DNA from: Phyllobates terribilis
Taxonomy: Eukaryota
NCBI RefSeq assembly: GCF_046119375.1
Contig: NW_027362767.1
Span: forward strand, 410,502,001 to 410,566,000
Direction of reading: 5' to 3'
Length of the DNA: 64,000 nucleotides
Part shown: positions 23,033 through 35,269 of the stretch, one piece after another
Layout of the letters: every line of letters begins with the position of its first letter
How positions within the stretch are numbered: position 1 is the first letter of the stretch
Notes under the pieces: generated by a model
What the model was told of the DNA's origin: nothing
Seen by the model: the letters and a program-made list of their open reading frames with translations, nothing else
The model's database searches: none
Made by a program: the position numbers and the translations under genes

Positions 23033-24530
23033 TTATAGACATTCTGAACAAAGCCCTAAAGTGTTCTTTTTGTGTGTGGTTGCAATATAGTCAATGTGCT
23101 GGGCTTCAAACCCATTTTCTTTTATTTTGTCTTCTGTTACATCTGTTTGAGCTACATCTTCTGATTATTATGGAGAATAATTCACTAATTTGTAAAATCT
23201 AATTTTGATTTACCTTGAAACAGTTTGTCTATTCCCAAGGCCTTGACATTATTCTTCTGTTAACAAATCTAAAAATAAAATCTTATTGAGTTAACTTTGA
23301 AGGTTATGCCTAAGTGTTTGGGGCTATCATTTATTGTGTTATCAGTTTCTGTCAAAATTTATGAAGTTTGCAGGTCTCAGCGAATTAGAACAATTTGTGT
23401 GAATTGCTAAACAAATGGAGATCACCATTTTACACATTGCAGAGGATTGCAATAGCCACAGAAATCTCACATAACTTCAGGCGCAACCGAATGTGCTTCC
23501 CCATAATGCCTTTCAAAATTTCTTATAATGTTATTTTTGGTTAGAGCTAAATAATTGGGGTTGAAAAGATTTCAAAACTTAATTATAGTGTTATACAAAG
23601 TGTATGATAAAACTAAAAGGGATAATGCAAATGGACGCGGGTGTGCAAAAGAAACCCCATGCCATGGGTAAGAATTTGCAATCTGTTAGCAACATCAGAA
23701 ACACCACCACCACTGGCACCAGCTGTTCTGGTACTACCAACAACAGGTTACAATTGACCTTCTTTGTCTCCTTTATTTTGGAGGAAGCGGATGATGTTAT
23801 GGAATATATGTCACATCACTCATCTCAGTCACAGAAGGAAGATGTTACCACTGACAGTGACACCATCAGATTGAGTCACTGTTCTGCACAGAGGTTTCTG
23901 CCTGATCACAAAAGACTAGGTATAATTTATGGAACCTTTTAATATTTTTTTTAAATGAGAAGTTGTCAGTGGATTGTTATTAAATGGGTTGTTGGTTACT
24001 ACCAGGTTACTATTGGTTTCTATGGTGAGGTCACTTTGACAATACTTAGGCTGTATTTGTGCTTATGACCTAGAAAGGGGTTTGGCATAGTTTAACGTGA
24101 AAAAGTAATACATCCACCTTATCAGGGTAACTGGGGCTTTGCAGTATTGTGATTAGCTGCAAATCAAATTTTTGTGAAAAATTTATGAAACCTAATGAAT
24201 TCAAATTCCAAAAGACTCAATCATCTCTAGTATGTGGTGATTACATTGCTCTTGTGTTGTCATGTAGCACATTATAGCAGAACAGAAGACATGCATGCTT
24301 ATGACTAGATATTTTGGATTTCCCCTGAGTCATAACCAAAAACTAAGCTAGAGAGGATTTATCTCCTTTATTCTTTGGGCACATTATAAGAACTTTGCTA
24401 CTAAAAAAACTTGTTATATAAAAAGATACAAAGGGCAAGCCTTTATATTTCTGCATGTAGTAAATGTCTTTCAAACCAAAAGACAAGGACATAACCCCAC
24501 TAACATTAGGCTTTAATTAGATTTTAACTA

Positions 24531-26112
24531 CACTGCTCAAAAAAATAAAGGGAACACTCAAATAACATATCCTAGATCTGAATGAATTAAATATTCTCAT
24601 TGAATACTTTGTTCTGTACAAAGTTGAATGTGCTGACAACAAAATCACACAAAAATCATCAATGGAAATCAAGTTTATTAACCAATGGAGGCCTGGATTT
24701 GGAGTCACCCCCAAAATTAAAGTGGAAAAACACACTACAGGCTGATCCAACTTTGATGTAATGTCCTTAAAACAAGTCAAAATGAGGCTCAGTATTGTGT
24801 GTGGCCTCCACGTGCCTGTATGACCTCGATACAACGCCTGGGCATGCTCCTGATGAGGCTGCGGATGGTCTCCTGTGGGATCTCCTCCCAGGCCTGGACT
24901 AAAGCATCCGCCAACTCCTGGACAGTCTGTGGTGCAACGTGACGTTGGTGGATGGAGCGAGACATGATGTCCCAGATGTGCTCAATCGGATTCAGGTCGT
25001 CTGGGGAACGGGCGGGCGAGTCCATAGCTTCAATGCCTTCATCTTGCAGGAACTGCTGACACACTCCAGCCACCTGAGGTCTGGCATTGTCCTGCATTAG
25101 GAGGAACCCAGGGCCAACCGCACCAGCATATGGTCTCACAAGGGGTCTGAGGATCTCATCTCGGTACCTATTGGCAGTCAGGCTACCTCTGGCGAGCACA
25201 TGGAGGGCTGTGTGGCCCTCCAAGAAATGCCACCCAACACCATTACTGACCCACTGCCAAACCGGTCACGCTGAAGTATGTTGAAGGCAGCAGATCGCTC
25301 TCCTGGCGTCTCCAGACTCTGTCACGTCTGTCACATGTGCTCAGTGTGAACCTGCTTTCATCTGTGAAGAGCACAGGGCGCCAGTGGCAACTTTGTCAAT
25401 CCTGGTGTTCTATGGCAAATGCCAAGCGTACTGCATGGTGTTGGGCTGTGAGCACAACCCCTATCTTTGGAAGTCGGGCCCTCATACCACCCTCATGGAG
25501 TCGGTTTCTAACGGTTTGTGCACACACATGCACATTTGTGACCTGCTGGGGGTCATTTTGCAGGGCTCTGGCAGTGCTCCTCCTGTTCCTCCTTGCACAA
25601 AGGCGGAGGTAACGGTCCTGCTGCTGGGTTGTTGCCTACTACGGCCCCCTCCACATCTCCTGGTGTACTGGCTTGTCTTCTGGTAGCGCCTCCAGCTTCT
25701 GGATATTACGCTGACAGACACAGCAAACCTTCTTGCCACAGCTCGCATTGATGTGCCATCCTGGATGAGCTGCACTACCAGAGCAACTTCTGTGGGTTGT
25801 AGAGTCCGTCTCATGCTACCACGAGTGTGAAAGCACAACCAACATTCAAAAGTGACCAAAACATCAGCCAGAAAACATTGGTACTGAGATGTGGTCTGTG
25901 GTCCCCACCTGCAGAACCACTCCTTTATTGAGGGTGTCTTGATAATCGCCAAAAATTTCCATCTATTGTCTATTCCATTTGTACAAGAGCATGTGAAATT
26001 GATTGTCAATCAGTGTTGCTTCCTAAGTAAACAGTTTGATTTTGCAGAAGTCTGATTTACTTGGAGTTAAATTCTGTTGTTTAAATGTTCCCTTTATTTT
26101 TTTTTAGCAGTG
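24531..26112 (-). mobile_element. Full-length Tc1 element (1582 bp, short TIRs) with disrupted transposase
   Basis: TIRs CACTGCTCAAAAAAATAAAGGGAAC at both ends and TA TSD. Minus-strand transposase fragments include [27 protein letters not shown] and NPIEHIW, with frameshifts and stops. Same family as the split Tc1 at 7319. Confidence 0.92.
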
Positions 26113-26210
26113 TATTTTACATTGTTGCCTGCCTATATTTGCTGGAAAGGCATTAGAGATGAAATTTGACCACCATATAACATTGCATATCCATATTAGT
26201 AGCTAAAATA

Positions 26211-26760
26211 CAGTGGTGTGAAAAAGTGTGTGCCCCCTTCCTGATGTCTTATTCTTTTGCCTGTTTGTCACAGTTAAAGATTTCAGATCACAAAACAAAT
26301 TTAAATATTAGGCAAAGATAACACAATTAACCACAAAATGCAGTTGTTAAAGGGAATCTGTTACCCCCTGGAACCTATCAGACCTCTAATATGGGCATAC
26401 AGGTGATAGAAATGTAAATCTCTTCATACCTGTATGGCCATATTAGAGGTCTGCTTTCTTTGAAATATCTTTTTATAAAATCTGTTTTCCTATGCCTAGC
26501 AACCGGAGGATGCCAAGAAATCCCTGCCTACCTGCTTCAGTTATATATTCCCCCTCTCCCCTGCACGTCATAGGGCCCTGTGATGTGCAGTCAGAACCCG
26601 GGCTTGCGCAATGCGCCTATAACGCAAGGCGCGTGTTTTTTTTCTCGGCCCTATTTTACACAGCTGGGCTCTAATACGCAGGCGCCGAGGAGTCACTGCG
26701 ACTTCAGCTCCAGTGACCTCCGGCATGTGCAACAATGAAGTTTGGTCCCACTTTCTCCCG
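26211..26760 (+). mobile_element. Tc1-type 5' terminus (26211-26346) followed by a Kolobok/T2-type MITE fragment (from 26351)
   Basis: TA|CAGTGGTGTGAAAAAGTG start, then TTAA|AGGGAATCTGTTACC, the T2-MITE terminal pattern. Partner ends were not found. Confidence 0.55.
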
Positions 26761-26803
26761 GCATCCAGATAGTTAGGAACTATATTGTATTCACGTGTAC
26801 ATA

Positions 26804-27412
26804 CAGGTGCATCTCACAAAATTAGAATATCATCAGAAAGTTAATTTATTTCAGTTCTTCAAAACAAAAAGTGAAACTCATATATTATATAGAGTCATTA
26901 CGAACAGAGTGATCTATTTCAAGTGTTTATTTCTGTTAATGTTGATGATTATGGCTTACAGCCAATGAAAACACAATAGTCATTATCTCAGTAACTTTGA
27001 ATAATTAACAAAAAAGACCTGCAAAGGCTTCTTAAGCATTTAAAAAGGTCCCTTAGTCTGTTTCAGTAGACTCTACTACAATCATGGGGAAGACTGCTGA
27101 CTTGACAGATGTCCAGAAGGCAGTCATTGACACACTCCACAAGGTCCCAGAGTTACAATTTTCATTTAGAAATCAAGGTCACAGAGTCTAGAAGAAGAGT
27201 GGAGAGGCCACAATCCAAGCTGCTTGAGGTCTAGTGTGAAATTTCCACAATCAGTGATGGTTTGGGGAGCCATGTCATCTGCTGGTGTAGGTTCACTCTG
27301 TTTTATCAAAGATCAAAGTCAGAGCAGCCGTCTACCAAGAAATTTTAGAGCGCCTCATGCTTCCCTCTGCCGACAAGCTTTTTGGAGAAGGAAATTTCAT
27401 TCTCCAGCAGGA
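26804..27412 (+). mobile_element. Internally deleted Tc1 fragment
   Basis: TA|CAGGTGCATCTCACAAAATTAGAATATC terminus; coding remnants SSVKFPQSVMVWGAMSSAGVG and FILQQD. Confidence 0.75.
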
Positions 27413-27750
27413 CACAAGTGATACTTCGAAATGCGTCAACCAACACCTTGAATGCATCTCCCTTGGGACTATTTCCTCAGATGATATATTTTCCATATGT
27501 TTCTGTGGATTTTTTATGGAACTATATACTTTTTATGGATGAAATTTTCTAAATAAAAATATACTTTTTATTGGAAGTGCTGGATCAACTGCCTTTGTTA
27601 TATGGACTATTTCCTTTTGTAACTTGTATCCGTGCACACGTGTTCACATCTGTGAATAGGTGAGCTGATCGTCTATATCCTTTCTTTGCTATTTCACTCT
27701 TTGAGTTCTGGAGCACACAAGGGTAACAAATTCTAAAATACTAATTTTAC

Positions 27751-27934
27751 TATTCTTATTTAAAAACGGGACATACATCACCCCAATTGAAAATATATTA
27801 GTACAATCCTAAATATAGTACAGTGATTTAATGTAAATAATGTGGTATTTACATTAAATCACTATGCTTTATTTAGGATTGTACTAATGTGTTTTCACTT
27901 GGGGTGATGTATGTGCTGCTTTTAAATAAGAATA
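27751..27934. repeat. Imperfect palindrome of about 184 bp
   Basis: TATTCTTATTTAAAA..ACATACATCACCCCAA..GTGATTTAATGTAAATA is mirrored by TATTTACATTAAATCAC..TTGGGGTGATGTATGT..TTTTAAATAAGAATA. Confidence 0.85.
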
Positions 27935-28792
27935 ATAACATTTGTATTTTAGGGTTTATGTTAAATTAGTTTGATTCCCTAGATCTGTTTAGCATTTTAT
28001 TTTGTATAATTATGTTCTGAAGCACACACCAAATATTTAAAAAAAAAAGAAAAAACAGACCACGGACAAACTCTCTTTATACAGACCCCAATACTATATA
28101 CAGAGTTCGTGCCAGAACTCTCGTGTATACAAACCCACTTGCATACCAAGATAGCCCAGAACTCGAATATACTGTAACAAACAGACTGCACCTAAATGTA
28201 CTGACCCCAGACACCTACTTTATATTCAGGCCCCCATACCGTTGTGTCAGTACATGGCAGTAGTGATGAGCGAATGTGCTTGCCACTGCTCGGTACTCGC
28301 CCAAGCATTACTGTGCTCGACGAGCTCGGCGGGTATTTCCGGGTTGCTCGGGCACAAACTTGGGTCCCACTCTGCATGTTTGGCGCTCTTTAAAGAGCAA
28401 ATGAACATGCAGGGATTGCCTGCCATGCACTGTAATGCCGTAGCCATGTAGGTTGTGGGCATTACAGTGATTGGCTGGCCGCACAGCATCATCAGGTCTA
28501 TATAAGACCTGGCGACACCATGCTCGTCACAGTCTACTCCGGAACCAGGCAGAGTAGGGAGAGCTGCTGCTGAGTCAGGGAGAGATTTGCTTCTTCATAG
28601 TGAGTATAGGTATTCCACAACATATATATATATATATATATCCAACTTAACTAAAAGTCCTTCTGAGGACTAATCCAGCTGCATATATTTTGTGGTGATA
28701 GCAGGAGTTAGGCAGACTGTGTATGTGGCTGACTGCAGTGCATGGTACAGCACAAGAGGGTCCATTGAAAGTCCTGTTAGTCTAGGAATTCC

Positions 28793-28797
<5 letters not shown>

Positions 28798-28852
<55 letters not shown>
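28798..28852. repeat. (TA)n microsatellite; others at about 28621-28640, 30483-30524, 31874-31887 and 52430-52466
   Basis: Directly visible dinucleotide runs; several flank Tc1 insertions. Confidence 0.95.
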
Positions 28853-30479
28853 CAGTACAGACCAAAAGTTTGGACACACATTCTCATTTAAAGATTTTTC
28901 TGTATTTTCATGACTATGAAAACTGTACATTCACACTGAAGGCATCAAAACTATGAATTAACACATGTGGAATTATATACTTAACAAAAAAGTGTGAAAC
29001 AACTGAAAATATATCTTATATTCTAGGTTCTTCAAAGTAGCCACCTTTTGCTTTGACGACTGCTTTGCACACTCTTGGCATTCTCTTGATGAGCTTCAAG
29101 AAGTAGTCACCGGAAATGGTCTTCCAACAATCTTGAAGGAGTTCCCAGAGATGCTTAGCACTAGTTGGCCCTTTTGCCTTCACTCTGCGGTCCAGCTCAC
29201 CCCAAACCATCTTGATTGGGTTCAGGTCTGGTGACTGTGGAGGCCAGGTCATCTGGCGTAGCACCCCATCACTCTCCTTCTTGGTCAAATAGCCCCTACA
29301 CAGCCTGGAGGTGTGTTTGGGGTCATTGTCCTGTTGAAAAAGAAATTATGGTCCAACTAAACGCAAACCGGAAGGAATAGCATGCCGCTGCAAGATGCTG
29401 TGGTAGCCATGCTGGTTCAGTATGCCTTCAATTTTGAATAAATCCCCAACAGTGTCACCAGAAAAGCACTCCCACACCATCACACCTCCTCCTCCATGCT
29501 TCACGGTGGGAACCAGGCATGTAAAGTCCATCCGTTCACCTTTTCTGCGTCGCACAAAGACACGGTGGTTGGAACCAAAGATCTCAAATTTGTACTCATC
29601 AGACGAAAGCACAGATTTCCACTGGTCTAATGTCCATTCCTTGTGTTCTTTAGCCCAAACAAGTCTGTTCTGCTTGTTGCCTGCCCTTAGCAGTGGTTTC
29701 CTAGCAGCTATTTTACCATGAAGGCCCGTTGCACAAAGTCTCCTCTTAACAGTTGTTGTAGAGATGTGTCTGTTGCTAGAACAATGTGTGGCATTGACCT
29801 GGTCTCTAATCTGAGCTGCTGTTAACCTGAGATATCTGAGGCTGGTGACTCGGATAAACTTATCCTCAGAAGCAGAGGTGACTCTTGGTCTTCCTTTTCT
29901 GGGGCGGTCCTCATGTGAGCCAATTTCTTTGTAGCGCTTCATGGTTTTTGCAACTGCACTTGGGGACATTTTCAAAGTTTTCCCAATTTTTCGCACTAAC
30001 TAACCTTCATTTCTTAAAGTAATGATGGCCACTCAATTTTCTTTACTTAGCTGCGTGTTTCTTGCCATAATACAAATTCTAACAGTCTATTCAGTAGGAC
30101 TATCAGCTGTGTATCTACCTGACTTCTGCACAACACAACTGATTGTCCCAACCCCATTTATAAGGCAAGAAATCCCACTTATTAAACCTGACAGGGCACA
30201 CCTGTGAAGTGAAAACCATTTCCGGTGACTACCTCTTGAAGCTCATCAAGAGAATGCCAAGAGTGTGCAAAGCAGTCATCAAAGCAAAAGGTGGCTACTT
30301 TGAAGAACCTAGAATCTAAGATATATTTTCAGTTGTTTCACACTTTTTTGTTAAGTATATAATTCCACATGTGTTAATTCATAGTTTTGATGCCTTCAGT
30401 GTGAATGTACAATTTTCAAAGTCATGAAAATACAGAAAAATCTTTAAATGAGAAGGTGTGTCCAAACTTTTGGTCTGTA

Positions 30480-30482
<3 letters not shown>
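28853..30482 (-). mobile_element. Full-length long-TIR Tc1 element (1630 bp), transposase disrupted
   Basis: CAGTACAGACCAAAAGTTTGGACAC termini within (TA)n. Start ATG at 30068 is followed by in-frame stops. ORFs 29346-29996 and 29016-29288 give KPLL..WSDE-type, VMVWECF and SPDLNPI motifs. Confidence 0.92.
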
Positions 30483-30524
<42 letters not shown>

Positions 30525-30528
<4 letters not shown>

Positions 30529-31873
30529 CTTGAAGGAGTTCCCAGAGATGCTCAGCACTTGTTGGCCCTTTTGCCTTCACTCTGCGGTCCAGCTCACCCC
30601 AAACCATCTCGATTGGTTCAAGTCTGGTGACTGTGAAGGCCAGGTCATCTGGCGTAGCACCCCATCACTCTCCTTCTTGGTCAAATAGCCCTTACACAGC
30701 CTGGAGGTGTGTTTGGGGTCATTGTCCTGTTGAAAAATAAATGATGGTCTAACTAAACGCAAACAGAAATGAATAGCATACCGCTGCAAGATGCTGTGGT
30801 AGCCATGCTGGTTCAGTATGCCTTCAATTTTGAATAAATCCCCAACAGTGTCACCAGAAAAGCACCCCCACACCATCACACCTCCTCCTCCATGTATCAC
30901 GGTGGGAACCAGGCATGTAGAGTCCATCCGTTCACCTTTTCTGCGTTGCACAAAGACACAGTGGTTGGAACCAAAGATCTCAAATTTGGACTTATCAGAC
31001 CAAAGCACAGATTTCCACTGGTCTAATGTCCATTCCTTGTGTTCTTTAGCCCAAACAAGTCTCTTCTGCTTGTTGCCTGTCCTTAGCAGTGGTTTCTTAG
31101 CAGCTATTTTTACCATGAAGGCCTGCTGCACAAAGTCTCCTCTTAACAGTTGTTGTACAGATGTGTCTGCTGCTAGAACTCTGTGTGGCATTGACGTGGT
31201 CTCTAATCTGAGCTGCTGTTAATCTGCAATTTCTGAGGCTGGTGACTCGGATAAACTTATCCTCAGAAGCAGAGGTGACTCTTGGTCTTCCTTTCCGGGG
31301 GCGGTCCTCATGTGAGCCAGTTTCTTTGTAGCACTTGATGGTTTTTGCAACTGCACTTGGAGACACTTTCAAAGTTTGCCCAATTTTTCAGATTGACTGA
31401 CCTTCATTTCTTAAAGTAATGATGGCCACTCATTTTTCTTTACTTAGCTGCTTTTTTCTTGCCATAATACAAATTCTAACAGTCTATTCAGTAGGACTAT
31501 CAGCTGTGTATCCACCTGACTTCTGCACAACACAACTGATGGTCCCAACCCCATTTATAAGGCAAGAAATCCCACTTATTAAACCTGACAGGGCACACCT
31601 GTGAAGTGAAAACCATTTCTGGTGAATACCTTTTGCAGCTCATCAAGAGAATGCCAAGAGTGTGCAAAGCAGTCATCAAAGCAAAAGGTGGCTACTTTGA
31701 AGAACCTAGAATATAATACATATTTTCAGTTGTTTCACACTTTTTTGTTATAATTCCACATGTGTTAATTCATAGTTTTGATACCTTCAGTGTGAATGTA
31801 CAATTTTCATAGTCATGAAAATACAGAAAAATCTTTAAATGAGAAGGTGTGTTCACACTTTTGGTCTGTACTG
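30525..31873 (-). mobile_element. Second tandem copy of the long-TIR Tc1, lacking its left TIR
   Basis: Homologous to 29127-30482 and in the same orientation; it begins abruptly after (TA)n. ORF 30577-31191 contains WSDKSKF, VMVWGCF and FQQDNDPKH. Confidence 0.9.
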
Positions 31874-31889
31874 TATATATATATATACA

Positions 31890-34570
31890 CTAGCTATTGA
31901 ACCCATTTTACGCCCGGGAGGCGAACAATTTTATTGGTATATGGTCTCCCATGCTGATATATGCTGCCCCCATCCTGGCATTTGTGCTGTCTCCATCCTG
32001 TCCCTACCATCCTATCCTGGTATGCATGGCACCCCTCACCTCCATCCGGCTATGCAAGACACCCCTCACCGCCAATCCTGGTATACCTGGCAGCCCTCAC
32101 CCCCAATCCTGGTATGCATGGCACCCCTCAACCCCAATCCTGGAAGTCATGGCACCCCTCACCCCCAATTCTGGTACGCGTGGCACCCCTCATCCCTAAT
32201 CCTGGTTTGTGTGGTACTCTTCATCCCTATCCTGGTACGCATGGTACACCATCCTTCATCCCTATCCTGGTATGTATCGTATCCCTCATCCTGGTATGAA
32301 TGGGCCCCTCACCCACATCCTGGTATGCATGGCAACCCTCACCCCCATCCTGGTATGCATGGCACTCCTCATCCCCATCCTGGCATGCATGGCACCCCTC
32401 ATCCCCATCATGGTATGCATGGCACTCCTCATCCATATCCTAGTATGAATGGCACCCCTCACCCTCATCCCGATATGTATGGCACCGCTCATCCCTATCC
32501 CGGTATGCATGGCACCCCTCATCCCCAATTTTGGTATGCATGGCACCCCTCATCCCCAATCCCGGTATGCATGGCACCCCTCATCCCCAATCCTGGTATG
32601 CATGGCACCCCTCATCCCCAATCCTGGTATGCATGGCACCCCTCATCCCCAATCCCGGTATGCGTGGCTCCCTCATCCCCAATCCCGGTATGCATGGCAC
32701 CCCTCATCCCCAATCCCGGTATGCATGGCACCCCTCATCCTCAATCCTGGTGTGCATAGCACCCCTCATCTCCAATCCTGTTATGCATGGCACCCCTCAT
32801 CCCCAATCTTGGTATGCATGGCACCCCTCATCCCCAATCATGGTATGCATGGCACCCTTCATCCCCAATCCTGGTATGCATGGCACCCCTCTTCCCCAAT
32901 CCTGTTATGCATGGCTCCCTCATCCCGTTTCCTGGTATGCATGGCTCCCTCATCCCCAATCCTGGTAAGCATGGTACCCCTCATCCCCAACCCTGGTATG
33001 CATGGCACCCCTCATCCTCAATCCTGGTATGCATGGCACCCCTCATCCCCAATCCTGGTATGCATGGCTCCCTTATCCCCAATCCTGGTATACATGGCAC
33101 CCCTCACCCCCAATCCTGGTATGCATGGCTCCCTCACCCCCATCCTTTTATGCATGGCACTCCTCATCCCCAATCCTGGTATGCATGGTACCCCTCATCC
33201 CTATCCTGGTATGTATGGCACCCCTCATCCCGGTATGCATGGCACCCCTCATCCCTATCCCGGTATGCATGGCACCCCTCATCCCCAATTTTGGTATGCA
33301 TGGCACTCCTCATCCCCAATCCTGGTATGCATGGTACCCCTCATCCCTATCCTGGTATGTATGGTACCCCTCATCCTGGTATGCATGGCAACTGTCATCC
33401 CTATTCTGGTATGTATGGTACCCCTCATCCTGGTATGCATGGCACCCCTCATCCCCATTCTGGTATGTATGGCCTCCTCATCCCAGAAACCTGGTATGCA
33501 TGGCACCAAATCCCTCATCCTAGTATGCATGGCACTCCTCATCCTTATCCTGGTATGCATGGTACCCCTCATCCTGGTATGCATGGCACCCCATCCCTCA
33601 TCCTGGTATGCATGGTGCTCCACATTCCTATCCTGGTATGTATGGTACCCCTCATCCCTATTCTGGTATGCATGGCACCCCTCACCCCCCAATCTCCAAT
33701 CCTGAAATGCATGGTCCCCTCACCCCCCAATCCTGGTATGCATGGCCCCATCACCCCCCAATCCTGTTATGCATGGTCCCCTCACCCCCCAATCCTGGTA
33801 TGCATGGTACCCCTCATCCTGGTATGCATGGTCCCCTCACCCCCCAATCCTGGTATGCATGGTCCCCTCACCCCCCAATCCTGGTATGCATGGCACCCCT
33901 CATCATGGTATGCATGGTCCCCTCACCCCCCCAATCCTGGTATGCATGGTCCCCTCACCCCGCAATCTTGGTATGAGTGGTACCCCTCATCCCACAATCC
34001 TGGTATGTGTGGCCCCCTCACCCCCCAATCCTGGTATGTGAGGCCCCCTCACCCCCCCAATCCTGGTATGTGTGACCCCCTCATCCTTTCACGCTGTACA
34101 CACATACAAAAAAATAAACACTTATACTCACCTTTCTTCCCTGTGCTCCAGCCTGCCGTGTCCTGTTCTGCTGGAGGCCGGGGGAGGAGTGTGGCGTCGG
34201 AGTACGCGCGTGCCCATACCGCGCTGTCCGGCGTCTTTTTGCTGAAGACACACTGCAAATGTGTCTTCAGTAAAATGGTGCCGGATAGCGCTATGCGCAT
34301 GCGCCGATCCAAGGCCTCACTCCTGCCCCGGTCTCCGACAAAGAGAGGTGCCGCGGCAACGCTCCTCCCGGTCAGGTAAGTGTGTAAGTATGGCGCTTGA
34401 GATCGCGGTATGCGTTCAGTGTCTACGCATACCGCAATCTCCGGTGCCATACACTCCTCTTACCTGTAACGGTGGCATGCGTGCTTCTGTCTGGAGCCAG
34501 ACTGTGCATCGCGCATGAGCAGTTTATAAAGGCTACAGACAGAGACACACATCCCCGGTTATATTATAGA
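31890..34570 (-). mobile_element. Non-autonomous Helitron-like element with about 31-bp minisatellite (copy 2; array about 32005-34080)
   Basis: On the minus strand it starts A|TCTATAATATAA (34570) and ends with a hairpin plus GGGTTCAATAGCTAG|T (31890), i.e. canonical TC...CTAG in an AT target with no TSD. Confidence 0.8.
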
Positions 34571-35269
34571 TCCATTGGAACTAAAAATTCTTCTGAAGAC
34601 TAATCCAGCTGCATATATTCGGTGGTGATAGCAGGAATTAGGCAGGCAGGAAGTGTATGTGGCACACTGCAGAGCAATATAGTGCAAGAGGGTCCATTAA
34701 ACGTTCCTGCTGCTGCTGTTCTTATAGATATTTGTAGACATAGCCCCAGACATCAAGGGCCAGGGAAAAATTTATTTTGATCTTAATCCTGGTTATTTGC
34801 TTAAAAAGCAATCCAGAGTACACAATTTTTCTGCTCCATTTGCTTGTTCTCACTGCAGAATAAAGTCAGATCTGTTCCATATTTCTGCGATAAAAATCCA
34901 GATATTTAAACTGAACGTGGAAAATATTGGCCTCCTTTTCCATTCCGTTGCAGTGTGTGGGTCCAGCTATTCACACTAGGTATCTTTGAAGGACAGTATT
35001 AGCAAATTACAGGCCTGCTATTTAAAACCGTGGTTCTCCGTAAGACATAACACCTATAAGAGTGTTCCAATATCAGACATTTCTTCCATTTTCATTCCGT
35101 TGCAGTATGTCGGTCAAGCTACTCACACTAGTTGTCTGTGAAGGATAGTATTAGCAAATTACAGGCCTGCTATTTAAAATTGTGGTTCTCTGTCAGACGT
35201 ATCAAATATAACTGCATTCCAAAATCAACCATTTCTCGTGAATGTGGAAAATATTGTCCTCCATTAAAA

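Noticed and set aside
23604-23942. 112-aa ORF with a segment resembling a hAT N-terminal region
   Set aside because: Short and low-complexity, with no catalytic or BED motif; unsupported.
31839-34379. 530-aa, 418-aa and 306-aa repetitive ORFs
   Set aside because: The same minisatellite in the second Helitron copy; overlapping frames show the openness is a property of the repeat.
14888-34710. A single large inverted segmental duplication around the first OR (hAT-B fragment plus Helitron on each side)
   Set aside because: The Helitron abuts hAT-B sequence at 34571 but is separated from it by about 410 bp of unrelated sequence at 15312-15721. The interiors do not match, so independent insertions explain it better.
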